This document shows positions 23,850 through 36,510 of a stretch of 64,000 nucleotides of DNA, in pieces. The notes beneath the pieces are model-generated. The model searched no databases. It was not told the DNA's origin and was given only the letters and a program-made list of their open reading frames with translations. The position numbers and the translations under genes were made by a program. The DNA lies in assembly GCF_009914755.1 (NCBI RefSeq), contig NC_060933.1; one strand, written 5' to 3'. The first letter of the stretch is position 1. Each line of letters begins with the position of its first letter. The DNA comes from the human T2T-CHM13v2.0 reference genome, Homo sapiens.

Positions 23850-25430
23850 TAATCCAAATTGCAGTTTTCAACAAAAACTTACAAAGCATATAGGAAATGG
23901 GAAAACATGCATAGCCCATTCAAAGCAAGAAAATGAATATCCAGACTCATCTTTGAAAAAACACAGGTCTCAGACTTACTAAATTAAGATTTCAAAACAG
24001 CTGTCTTAAATATGCTTAAAGGGCTAAAGGAAAACACAGACAAGGAAATAAAGGAAATCAAGAAAACAATATATAAAAAAATAAGAATATCAACAAAGAG
24101 ATTGGAATTGTAAAGAGAACCAAATAGAAATTCTGGAGCTGAAAAATAGAGTAACCTAATAGAAAAATTGACTAGAAGGATACAAAAGCAGACTTGAAAA
24201 GGCAAAAGAAGGAATTAGCAAACTTGAAGATAAGTCCATTGAAACTATCAAGTTAAGGAGCAAAAGATAAGAGTGAGAAAAAGTAAACAGAGCCTAAAAG
24301 ACACCATGCACCAAACACATATACATTATTGAAATCTCCAGACAAAAGAAAGAGAAAAGGGCAGAAAAATTATTTGAAGACGTAGTGGCCAAAAACTTCC
24401 CAAGTTGGAGGAAAGATGTAAATATACAAATCCAAAAAGTTCTGTGAATCCATGTTGGTTAAACCCAAAGTTACCCATAGTACATTCATGCATAATTATG
24501 TAGCATTTGAAGATAAAAAATTTTGAATGCCTTTTATAATAGCATCCAAATACATAGGGATACATTTAACAAAAGTGTGTAAGAAGACTATAATGAAAAC
24601 TAAAACTTTGCAGAGAAAAATAAAACTACTGTTAATAGATGACTTCTTTCCAAATATATCTATAGATGCAATGGAATACCATTCCAAATTCTAGTTGGTT
24701 GTTAAAAATAGAAACTAACAAGCTGATTTAAAAATATATATGGAAATTCATCCTAGAATATATAAAATATATATGGAAAAAACAACCTAGAATAGCCCAA
24801 AGAATTTTGAAAATGAAGAAATTTAGAGACATTACACTACCTGACTTCCAGATTTAAGATAAAGTCACAGTCTTCAAAATTATAATGTACTGGTGAAGAC
24901 AACACAATAAATCAATGAAAAAGATTCCAGGAATAAACCCACACATATATGGTCAAATAATTTGTTCCACAAAAACCCAAAAGCAATTCAATAGGAAAAG
25001 AAAACAATTTTTTTCAAAAAATAATGTGGAAACAACTAGATATCCATATGAGGGGGAAACAAACCTCAACCCTTACTTCACACCCTATATAAAAATTATT
25101 CCAAAGGGATCATAGGCCTACTCATAAATAAAGTAAAACTAGAAAGCTTTTAGAAGAAAAACTAGGAGAATATCTTTATGACTTTGGGTGTGGACATAAA
25201 TTTGTTAAGGAATTGACAGAAAGCACTGGCCACATTGTTTCAAAAAAATTGAGTTCATTAAAATTTAAGTCTTCTAACCATCAAAAGACACTATTAAGAA
25301 ACAGGGAAATCTCAGACTGAGAGAAAATATTCATATGTATCTGTCAAGGGACTTATGTCAAGAATATATTTTCTAAAAGTTGCTAAAATTCAATAATAAA
25401 AAGACTAATATTTAAATTTTAAAATGTATA
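23850..25430 (+). mobile_element. Old L1M fragments (ORF1/ORF2 relics)
   Basis: A-rich L1 text (gaaattctggagctgaaaaat..., ctacctgacttccagatt...aaacccacacatatatggtcaa). Confidence 0.7.
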
Positions 25431-25477
25431 AAAGCCCTGCCCTCCACAATCTTCAATTTATAGCAGAAAGCATGGAA

Positions 25478-25521
<44 letters not shown>
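25478..25521. repeat. (CA)n microsatellite
   Basis: Direct reading. Confidence 0.97.
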
Positions 25522-25525
<4 letters not shown>

Positions 25526-28372
25526 GCCTGCTCAAAGTGAGTCTGCCCTGGAACATGTGGGAAGCTGGTCTAGCTCTGCATAAGAAGTGAACACTGTATA
25601 AACTGACTTAGTGGAGAAGGTCATCTGAGAGGAAATGAGCCCTGTGCACTGAGCTCTGAAGAGCAGGAGGGCTGAGGTGGTGCAGGGGATGGTGGTGTTT
25701 GTGGGACTTAAAGTAAGATTATCTGGAATTATCTGGGTGGGTCCAATCTAATCCCAGAAGTCCTTAAAAGCAAAGAACTTAGCCCAGAAGCAGAAGACAG
25801 TTGCATGCACATACTACAGTTTGGTTATTCACTTCCCAGTGGATGGACATTTGGGTTGTTTCTAGTTGCGGGCTGCTGTAAACACTTTTGTGCAAGGCTT
25901 TTTGTGGACATGTGTTTGCATTTCTGTACATGTTGTGAGTTAAATGGAAGAGGTATGTATAAATGTTTTAAGAAACTTGCAAACAGTTTTCCAAAATGGT
26001 TGTATCATTTTACACCATACAGTAATGTATGAGATTTGCTGTTGTGTTAGTAGTGATTAGCCTTTTTCATTTTAGCAATTCTGGTAGGTCTATAATCATG
26101 TCAGGAGGCAATTTTGATCTGCACTTCCTTGATGATTAATGATGCTGGGCATCTTTTAATGTGCTGATTTCCCATATATCTTCTTTTGTAAATTGTCAGT
26201 TCAAGGTAGAGATTTTAGCATATGGTAAATGGGTCACATACTGGGTTCAATAACGAAGATGTGGAGGGGTGGGTCTAGAGTTTTCTATTTTAGATGCAGT
26301 GAGATTATGCTGAGCTCAGTACAAAGTGAATCTTCCCAGAGAATATCCTGATTTGGACCCCACCAAGGCTACTAAGACACAGTTGTGTAATTGACTGAAG
26401 CACAAGCTGGCCAGAGCAGTGTGGAGATGGAGATGCCGTCTGCGCTCAAGTCTAATGATGTAAGGAAAGGAGGAGCTTCCTTATGAGAGTACTTTCCGTT
26501 CTCAGCAACTCTGAGCTTAGGTTGGTGATGGGCAGGAGTGAGCAGAGTTCAAGTTTGAATTCTTTGAAAGGTAAAAGAAGCAGGGATGTTCTGGAGATGG
26601 TGAGCAAAATGAGAAAAGCTCAGAAACTTGGTGTTGAAATTGGACATGGCCAGGGGGCTAGAGGGAGGAAGCAAATGGAAACCAGAGGGAATTGGGAAAA
26701 AATGCCAAAGTGGGGCCCATGGAGTTGAGAAGACACATAGAGTACCTTCGGGTTCAGTTCCTGGCATGGCCACTGAGCCAACTTCCCCACAGCCATGAGA
26801 TCCACTGCTCAGAGACCCGCTCGCCACCCTGTATCCCCTCTAATCACTGATGGGCTCATACCTAACATGGCTATACTTGGATAGTGCATGGTGCCTGACA
26901 GCTTTACAAGAGTTGTCACGTAAGCAACAGTGGTACATTGCTTTTCATTTATGCCGAGTTTCACAGTTTAACTTCCCACAAACATGCTAACTGTGATTTG
27001 TGCAGAGCATAATTATTTCCATTTATAGAGGAAGAGACTGAGATTCAGAAAGATTCTGTCTTGCCCAAGAATACAGATCTTGGCAGAGCTGACCATAAGG
27101 CCAAAGGAAGCCATGGAGATCGTTGTGAAGTGTGGGAATTGCTGCAGGTGACATCTAAAAGGAGATTTATTGAGGATCAAGGCAGAGGTCCCCAGAGGAC
27201 AAACTGTGCCTCTGATTCCTTCCTGCTGCTTTTCTTCCTGGCAGAAATAGATGATTGAATTCATCTTTCTCCTGGCACCTTGTCTCAGAGACTTCCCTTG
27301 CCACAGTTCCAGACCCATCCAGGCCATGACTGCCATGTAGATGACACACCTCTCTGCTCACAAATAACTGGCCAAGCCTGAGGTAGCCAGGTTTTGGAGC
27401 ATTGATAATATGGGCTTTTCCTGTGTTGCCCCTAAACATGTTGTTTCATTTTGTCCCCTTGTCATGGGGTCTTCACAGAACTCCTGTCTTAGAGGATAAG
27501 GAGAGACTCTTGCTCTAGCAACTGTAGACACCGGTGTGCACTAAAGAGGGAGGTGAACCTTCGTAGAAGAGGGAAAATTGTTTTGGAGAAGGGGATTTTT
27601 GGATCAGTGCTTGTGGCTCTGACTCTCTTTCTGAAAGGAACACCCAAGAATATGAGGATTTTCTGTATCTAGAGCTTGAAGATTAGCCTTCTCCAGTATT
27701 TTGCGCTCTTCCTTAAATGATCACAATATAGTCTGAGGTCAGCTTTCTTCAAAAAGGAATGACCTTACAGGCAGAGAAGATAGCTATAGGTGGAGACTGT
27801 TACCTCATACTGTAGACTCAGATGTGTAGGATAGGTTCAGATCCAGCTGCCAAGCTCAATTTGGAGTACCTGCCATTCTTGGTACTGTTCATTCTGAACT
27901 ATAGATTTCTTTGTCTGCTTCTCTAAGACATCTTTCTGGCTTGTATTTAGTGCTTAGCACACCAAACCACTGTCCTTCAATTATGATAACAGTGAATCAT
28001 TTCTGTGTGCTTACTATATACCACGTAACTTAGTATACAGCCTGTAACTCATACAAGTTAAGAATTTTTTTTCATTTTGTCATCACAACCAGTAGGTGAG
28101 GTACTTGCCTGCTTTTCTCACTAGCTCTGACCACCCCAAGATCATCCCTGCATGCTTTTATGACCACAACCCTTGCTGTTTCGTGGATTGGCCTGAGTGT
28201 GAGAGGTTCCTGTCTTGTGTTCACTCTCTGCTCTGGAGAGTCAGCTGCTGTCAACAAGTTTTCTTCTCCACCACCTCTCCAATTCATCTTACCCAAACTC
28301 AGTACTTCCCTGGGCTGAAGCCAAGCTCTCCCAGGCAGCCTGGCTGGGAGCTTTGCAGTCAGGGGCTCCAAC

Positions 28373-28532
28373 GACTTGTAGCAGTGAGCTGCTGATACCA
28401 CCCACTGTTCGCTGATGAGGGAGCCACCGCAGAAGTGGGAGCCAGAATTCAGGGACACCTGGTAGGGGAGAGAATTCTCCTCACAGGTGTAGCCCCCAAT
28501 GATCTTGTCATCGTCGTCAAAGGGGACAGCAA
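28373..28532 (-). pseudogene. Isolated trypsinogen exon 2 (PRSS3-like) with flanking intron pieces (~28090-28890)
   Basis: 160-bp exon, ctccag|TT...AAGTC|gt. Encodes [54 protein letters not shown] (enterokinase site, catalytic His motif AAHC). No exon 1 or exons 3-5 found; donor gttgga is degenerate. Confidence 0.95.
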
Positions 28533-30642
28533 CTGGAGTGGAAATAGGAAGGGAGAAGTCAGTAGTATGTTAGGGGTGGCGCTCCCAGCCTGCGGTTGCT
28601 TCCTGCTAATTAGAAATCCTTAATAAGCACAGTGAAGGCAGGCAAGAGAGGGAGCGCTGCCACCCCACCCCTGGTGAGCATCACTGGATGTGGCTCCCAA
28701 GTCTCTGTGTCTGCAGGGCACTTAGGTACCCTGCGGGGGCTCAGATCTCCTTACAGCCCAGCCTGGGAAATATGCAGTGTCACCTCCACCACAATCCAGC
28801 CAGCTCGGATTCAAGCAAAGGGCACTCATGGGAAGATGACCACTGGCCAGTGTGTTTCATCAGGCTGGCATCTTTGAAGACCAGATACCACACCGACCTC
28901 CAGTGATCCAAAGTGCTGGGATTACAGGCATGATACCACACCACAGTCATTTGAATTTGTCATTACTTGGTACTCTTATTTTTTTCCCTGCTGCTCTTTT
29001 TGCATTGAAGTCCTTTTGGGATGACGTCAATAAAACTCTTTCATGTTTTTAAGATTGTATTTGTTTAGTATTTCTTTTTCAACCTTTCTACATGTAGCCT
29101 TTTTGTTGTTTTTATTCTTCAGGTGGGTATTTCATAAGCATTGTGTATTTTTTCAGCCTCATGATTTATACAACTAGAATCCTTAGTCCATTGTCTTAAA
29201 TGTATTTCTGTATAGTTTTCTATAGTAGGTGATTTCCTTGGTTTTGAGTTATGTTTCTTATTTTGCTGTGTACATTAATTTTTCTCACATTTTGGTTTCT
29301 TCTTCCCTTGTCCATGACCTTATTTTTGTTCACTATTTTTGTCATTTCATTATTTTGCCTTTCAGAAGTCCACAGTTCTTTTCATTTTTTCATGATTAAC
29401 TGTAACATTTTATTATATAATTATGTTAAGAAAATCTGAGATTAGTCTTATCGTTACCCTTCTCCTGAAGCCTATGCGAACTTTGGAACAATTAACACCT
29501 ATGGTTCCCTTCATGATTTCCAATATTTTGGATAATCAGAATGCTAGGTCTATCACAACTAGAAGTATTATTGTTTTATTTTACCAATACTTAATTACAA
29601 TTACCTATCTATGTGTTAACCATCATCTTTAATCGTCACTGTTTTTGCACAAAACTTTACTATACCAACTCAGAGCAGAAAGAGGATCCATCATATTCTG
29701 TGTCTGCCCCGTTAAGCATGCTTCCTTGCTGCATGGTCTTTGATTCCTGGTAGCAGATTAATCCCAGGCAAAGATGTAGAGCCCTATTATGGGCTATCAG
29801 ACCCCAATACCAAGGCTTTTCTTGTGCCACAGCCCTTTGGTCCCATGCCTCTGACTCTAACTTCTATCTCCTTTTCCAACAGTTCTCATGGATACTGAAG
29901 TCCCCCAGACACCAAGAAAACTGGTCACATTGACTAATTTTAAGAGATGGCATTGAAGTAGTCTCAAAAAATGAAAAGTCATAGCACATACTAGCTGTTG
30001 ACAATGTATGGCTTGGGCTATGGCAAACCCATAACACAAATGGAAGTGTCAAGGAAGAAAAACCGCCATGAGCATTAAGGAACAAAAGAGTATATTATAG
30101 GAATTAGGCCTGACACAATTTGGAGAGAAGATGGATAAGTGAAAGTTTGAAAAGGGTCAGAAAACACAACTCTAACCAGCTCTGGTGAAGGTGGATGAAC
30201 TGGACTTTGCATTAAGTTTTGCATTAAGTTGGGTATATCCATGCACTACATGGAACCCTGAAGGGGCTGGTGTAGGAATCTATGGAAGATGGCTGACTCT
30301 ATGTGCCAACAGCCCTGTGAGTTCTCAGACAAGTTTGGTAGCGGGACTGTAGTCCCTCCTGGTCAGCAGGGCTGGCAGTCGGTATAAAGAGCTGGATGTG
30401 AAGCAGGGGAAAGTCAGCATAAATTGGAACTCACTGGCACTTTTGATGCTACTCCTCACTGCCTGGAGCCAGTGATGACTTCAGAACTCAGTGGCAGCTG
30501 TTTTACTTTCCCCTTACAAACTTCATGCATTTCTTCCCTCATGTTCAACTCTAACCCAGAACCATACTAGGAAAAAAAGTTATCTGAAACACATTCCTTG
30601 CTTAGCTAGGTTGACACAGTGATAAAACACCACAGGAATATC

Positions 30643-30837
30643 CAGATGCTCCTTGACTTGCAGTGGGGTAATATCCTGATAAATCCAGCATAGATTGAAA
30701 ACATCATAATTCAACTTACAATATCCAGCTTATCTGTACATAACCCCATCATAAGTCAAGGAGCACACTGAAATGCATATTGCTTTTGCACCATTGTAAA
30801 GCTGAAAAGTCATTGAACCATCATGAGACCATCTGTA
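30643..30837. mobile_element. TcMar-Tigger-derived MITE (MER47-like)
   Basis: Ends cagatgctccttgactt... and ...accatctgta; internal text resembles recalled MER47. Confidence 0.6.
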
Positions 30838-31904
30838 CCTGACAATTAGTGTTTCTCAAAATAAATAGGAAGATTTTCTTCCGATCTGAAGGTCTTCCAG
30901 CCACTCCCTCCCAGACATATCATAATATTGGGCCAGAGGTCACCCATAGCAAGCTGTCCTTACTTACTCTTTGCAGAAAAAGTACAGTTACAGTATGAAG
31001 TGGCCTCATTTTAATGAGGCCCAACATACCCAAGAAATAAAAATGCAGCCACAGGAGCATACAGATGCCCTTCAATAGATATGTCAATATTAACATAATG
31101 CAATAGCTATATTTGTTATAAAATGATTTCACTATTGCACAAACATAATATGATGGGCGAAGTCTTAATCTTATCTTTTCTAGCTACCTATGCCAGAGAA
31201 GTAGAACTAAATATTAAATGAAAGCACAATTGGGAGGCTGTTATAAAAATGAAAACATAGGGCTTTCAAAACAACTTTCCAGCTCCTTGTAATTGCTACA
31301 CATTTTCAACGTCAATCCATTAAAACAAGTATCCCAGCATGTTCAAATCAAAGAATTTCTTATGCCTCCTAGAAACTAGTTTCACTGTCCAGTACTTAGT
31401 ATGACCTCCATTACAAGAGAATAAATGTAACTAACCATTCTCACAACCTCAACAGTGATTAACACAGAAACATACAAGCTAAATCGAGAAATGTTATTAG
31501 AATGTTTAGAATTAAGTCCATCTATATGTGAGGGAAATTGTCATGAGATACTCACGAGGTAACTATCTCATTTAGAAAATGACGAAGTGGCTTCAACATG
31601 ATTATGAAGAAACATTGGACTTCCAGCCAAGGCACTGGCCTGGGCATTATCAATATTTATGGTAGTGCCAACCTGTAGGTCTAGTGATTAACAACCATGA
31701 GTTGTCTTGGTGTAATTACTTTGAGGATATGAAACAGAAGCAGCAGACTCCAATGCCATTCATTACCCAAACATACACTCCTTTCCTTACAAGAAACTCG
31801 CTTAAGTCATTGCAATGCTCTACGTCTCAGTGTATTTTTAATAAATTTGGAAGTTGAATTGGGAAATCTTTAGGCCACTTTAGACACTGTATGGGTTTTT
31901 TGTT

Positions 31905-32190
31905 TTCTTTTGAGACGGAGTCTCACTCTGTCGCCCAGGCTGGAGTGCAGTGGCACGATCTCAGCTCACTGCAACCTCTGCCTCCCGGGTTCAAGCAATT
32001 CTCTGCCTCAGCCTCCCGAGGAGCCGGGATTATAGGCGCCCGCCACCACGCCTGGCTAATTTTTGTGTTTTTAGTAGAGACGGGGTTTCACCATGTTGGC
32101 CAGGTTGGTCTTGAATTCCTAACCTTGTGATCTACCCGCCTCGGCCTCCCAAAGTGCTGGAATTACAGGCGTGAGCCACCTCGCCGACCT
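31905..32190 (-). mobile_element. AluS element
   Basis: tttgagacggagtctcactc...caaagtgctggaattacaggcgtgagccacc; flanked by ctgtatgg on both sides. Confidence 0.92.
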
Positions 32191-32235
32191 GTATGGTTCT
32201 TTGACAGGCAGAGAGATGGTCATGAGCAAAGATTA

Positions 32236-32249
32236 CCACCAGGGGGCAG
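32236..32249 (+). promoter_or_regulatory. CTCF core motif upstream of the TRBV20 orphon
   Basis: CCACCAGGGGGCAG, ~120 bp before the leader ATG. Confidence 0.75.
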
Positions 32250-32356
32250 ACTAGAGCATCCTTGGGATTCTGTGATCAGTCATCCCTCCTCGCTGGTGAA
32301 TGGAGACAGTGGTCACAACTCTCCCCAGAGAAGGTGGTGTGGGGCCATCACGGAAG

Positions 32357-33020
32357 ATGCTGCTGCTTCTGCTGCTTCTGGGGCCAGGTATGAGCCTCCT
32401 TCTACCTGGGAGCTTGGGTGGGCATGTGCGTGTGTTGCCATGGTCAAGCGGTGGCCAGGCAATGTGGATTGTTTATGCTCATCGAAGGGAGAGGGAGCGG
32501 CCCTGCTCTCTAGAGGTGTAAAGGGTAAGGTGAGAGCCGCCGGTCAGAGGAGATAGGGGATTATAGCCCTAGGGAGATGACAGGAAGATTGCACAAAACA
32601 AACAGGATTCTCCAGGAGCTGGGAGCACGGGGAGGGAGGGAGGCTGAGCTCGGCCTGGCATCCTGTCTGACTCGGCTCCCACTGGGCTCTCCTCTCTCTG
32701 GCTTCTGTTTCAGCAGGCTCCGGGCTTAGTGCTGTCGTCTCTCAACATCCGAGCAGGGTTATCTGTAAGAGTGGAACCTCTGTGAACATCGAGTGCCGTT
32801 CCCTGGACTTTCAGGCCACAACTATGTTTTGGTATCGTCAGCTCCGGAAACAGAGCCTCATGCTGATGGCAGCTTCCAATGAGGGCTCCGAGGTCACATA
32901 CGAGCAAGGCGTCAAGAAGGACAAGTTTCCCATCAACCATCCAAACCTGACCTTCTCCGCTCTGACAGTGACCTGTGCCCATCCTGAAGACAGCAGCTTC
33001 TACATCTGCAATGCTAGAGA
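32357..33020 (+). CDS. TRBV20OR9-2: TCR beta V segment orphon, open frame (leader 32357-32387; V exon 32717-33020)
   Basis: MLLLLLLLGP|GSGLSAVVSQHPSRVICKSGTSVNIECRSLDFQATTMFWYRQ...EDSSFYICNAR; GT/AG intact; C23, W41, C104 present. Confidence 0.93.
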
Positions 33021-33059
33021 CACAGCGCCAGGAGGGGATCAGAGACCGCGGCAAGAACC
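33021..33059 (+). promoter_or_regulatory. 23-bp-spacer recombination signal sequence (RSS)
   Basis: CACAGCG - 23 bp - GCAAGAACC. Confidence 0.93.
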
Positions 33060-34669
33060 CCTGCAGCTGCTCCTCCACCCCAGCAGGCCCACTGAGTGCT
33101 GAGAAGGGAGGCGTGGAGAATGGAAAACCACAGCTTTCCTGACTGAGACATCTGGGAGTGTGTGTGCAGGGGGTGGGGCAGGGGATGGGTAGGGGGAGAA
33201 AAAGAAAAGAAGCACTGTGAGTGTGGAGTATGGAGGAGGTGTAGTGTTTGAGACCCACGAAATGGCAATAGAGTTGGGCCTAAAGAGGTAAGTGAACATG
33301 GAAAGTTCCCTGAAAATTATAAAACCTAGAATTTTGCCCTGACTCTGCCACATTAGTCATGTGTTCTTGAATAGATCTACATATAATCCTAGAGGTACAT
33401 ATGAAGACAGTTGTATAACCACTGTGTACTTCCTATAATAAACTTCAGCGATTGGCTCTCTTTCTTGTCATCATGCTGGGCTCTCAAGACAAAGATAACC
33501 AAGAGGCAGCCAAGTAGAGAGTTATGCATGAACACATTACCTTAGGGGAGGATGGCAACAGCATTGAATAGCATCCACTCCAAATTTGTGTTCTGTCCTC
33601 CTTGGACCAGGACCACGAAAATAAAATCCTATCACATTTCCTGTAAATGTTGAATGCCATCATGTTCTCCACGGTGTTTCAGTTGATGAATGAACAGGGT
33701 AAGACTCGGTACAAAGGGAGGGGAGCACCTCTATGCCTAGGTACACACCATACGGAACGTATCCCTAGGGAAGGTGCTGGTGACCTGGCTCCTGGGAAAG
33801 GTGTCAAGGGAAAGAGGGGGCAGAGGTACCTAGAAGGAAGACCTCAGACAACATGGCTTGTCTAAAGAGTTGGAAAGTTCTGCCAGTAGCTAGAAGACAG
33901 TAAGTGGAACAGTGAAAATCCTTTCCTAGGAGAAACCAAACATTTACATTGACCACAAATCTGTATGAGCCAATAGAAAATGAGCAAAACATATGATCAT
34001 ACATTTAATAGAAGAAACATGTATGACCAATAAACATATAGAGATATTTTACTTCATTGATGATCAGGATCCAATGATACATAGCTTTATATCCACTTGA
34101 TTAGCAAAATATAAAAAGTCTAGAAATATAAAATGTTAGCGAGGGTATGGATTCATAGGATTACTTATAAATTACTGATGGGAGCATAAGTACTATAAAC
34201 CACTGGGAAACAGTTCAGCATTATCTCACAGTTGAAGATTCCTATATCCCATGACTCAGCAATTCCACTTCTAGATTTACATCAGGAGAGGCTCTTGCAT
34301 ACATGACTCAGCAATTCCACTCCTAGGTTTACATCAGGAGAAGCTCTTGCATACACATATCAGAAGACATAAATACAAAAGTGTTTTCAACAGCACCAAA
34401 CAGTAGAAAAACATGGCACCAACCCACATATGCACTGAAAAGAGTGAATGAATAAACTGCGGCATATTCATATGAGTCAAAATGAATGAACTATAGTGAA
34501 GAGCAAGGTTATAGGTGAATCTTAGCAATATAATAGCAAATGTAAAAACTAAGCCTAATGAGATGATGCAAAGTATAACGTGCTTTTCATAAAGCTAAAA
34601 ACAAGTCAAGAAAGTAATTTTCAGGACTAAAATATATTAGATCAAATTATATTGAAAAGAAAGCAAAGA

Positions 34670-34880
34670 CCACTTGTATGCTGCAGCCTACCTTATCAGC
34701 TCATGGGAGCTGACTGTATACATCTTTCCCAACTCCAGTTTTAGTGACATCATTTTGTTAGCTTGAAACTGGCCATAGTGAGGGTATTTACACTACAGAA
34801 ATCAGCAAACACAACAAATTACGCTTTGCTTTATTTTCCTCCAGAGAGTTAGTTGTCAACCCTTTACCAACACACTACTG
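34670..34880. mobile_element. hAT DNA transposon relic (MER63-like)
   Basis: agtgacatcattttgttagcttgaaactggcc...gtatttacactacagaaatcagcaaac...acactactg. Confidence 0.55.
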
Positions 34881-36126
34881 GCAGGGAATAATAATGACCC
34901 AAGTTCAGGATTTTTATAAGGCTGGGGCATGGCAGGAGATAGAATGAGAGAGAACTACACAGCTATACATTTAAATATTCTAAAGGTCTATCTTGCATAA
35001 TGTTGAGGAGGAGATATTTTACAAGTTCCTATTATGTTTTTAAATAAGTAATTATTCATTGACAAGAAAGTCCTGTGTGTTATTAACCACAGGTTAAGAT
35101 AAATAAAATTGTATGCATATAGAATCAAAAAGAAGAGAAAATAAAACAAATAAATGAATAGATTAGAGTTCTTACAAGAAAAGGATTAAGAACATTTTAT
35201 AGTCAAAACCAGGAGTGAAATAGCAGTGGGTCACCTGCTACCATCCTCATATAGACATCGGCTGCTGAACTAATCACAGCGGACAACCTACCACCCAACA
35301 GACCTGGACCCTTGTCAACCCCTTTGCAACAGAGAGCAGGGGTTTAGACACTAAGGGTGAACGTGAAAGCATGGAGATGACGCCTGGCCCCTGACCAAGG
35401 TGGAACTGCCTGGAATAAGATGGGAGCAAATTCCGCAGTGGACACGCTGCTGCTTTTCATCTCCACTATGACCACGTGCTGCTGGTGGTTAAATACCCCA
35501 CCTGGGTTCAGTCACCTCAGACTGTGCCATTGTCACTGAACTCAAGGACCCATTTTAATTGTAGCCTTTTACTCTGTTCGTGCTTTCAGCCTGGAGAACA
35601 GAGCTAGTAAAATTCTTTTAAAATATTCCACCGCTTCACTAATGGCATGGAAAAGACAAGAGCTTTTAAGGCTCTGGCATGAAATAGGGAGACAGTGGTT
35701 ACATTCCTATTTCATGCAGTCACTATTTCCCTCTACATTAAGCTGAGGAGTGTAGTGTTTCAGTGACATTTAGCATGGAACAGTGCTGGGTTCAGACCTG
35801 CCTTTCCCAAACAAGCTGACTTGTCAGGACACAGCCCACTGCCTACCTACATTACCTTAGGAAAGAAGACAACAGCGTTGAACAGCATTCAGTCCAAATT
35901 TGTGTTCTGTCTTCCTTGGACAAGTACCAACAAAATGAAATCCTATCACATTTCCTATAAATTTTGAATGCCATAAACTTTTCATGAGCAATTCTTTTTG
36001 GAGTGTTGGACTTTCTGTTCTGATTTTATATTCTACTCTTTGGGCTTTGTTGTACTTGAAATCAAGTTCACCTTTCAGAGGCAGTGATGGGTGAGGTAAG
36101 AGATAGACTCTTACATCTTCCTCCCC

Positions 36127-36127
<1 letters not shown>

Positions 36128-36170
<43 letters not shown>
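36128..36170. repeat. (CA)n microsatellite
   Basis: Direct reading. Confidence 0.97.
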
Positions 36171-36173
<3 letters not shown>

Positions 36174-36222
36174 GCACTGTGTTTCCCAGTAACGGAGAAG
36201 CCATGGGGAGAATTTCAGAGGT

Positions 36223-36510
36223 TTTTTTTGAGATGGAGTCTCGCCGTGTCGCCCAGGCTGGAGTGCAGTGGCACGATCTCAGCTCACTGCAAGCTCCGCC
36301 TCCCAGGTTCACACCATTCTCCTGCCTCAGCATCCTGAGTAGCTGGGACTACAGGCGCCCGCAACCACGCCCGGCTAATTTTCTGTATTTTTAGTAGAGA
36401 CGGGGTTTCACCGTGTTAGCCAGGATGGTCTCGATCTCCTGACCTTGTGATCTGCCCACCTCAGCCTCCCAAAGTGCTGGGATTACAGGCGTGAGCCACT
36501 GCACCTGGCC
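36223..36510 (-). mobile_element. AluY-like element
   Basis: caagctccgcc...ttagccaggatggtctcgatc; aatttcaga flanks both ends. Confidence 0.92.

Noticed and set aside
26300-28090. Trypsinogen exons 3-5
   Set aside because: No RIQVRLGEHNI or GDSGGP coding sequence seen on the minus strand, so no full gene.
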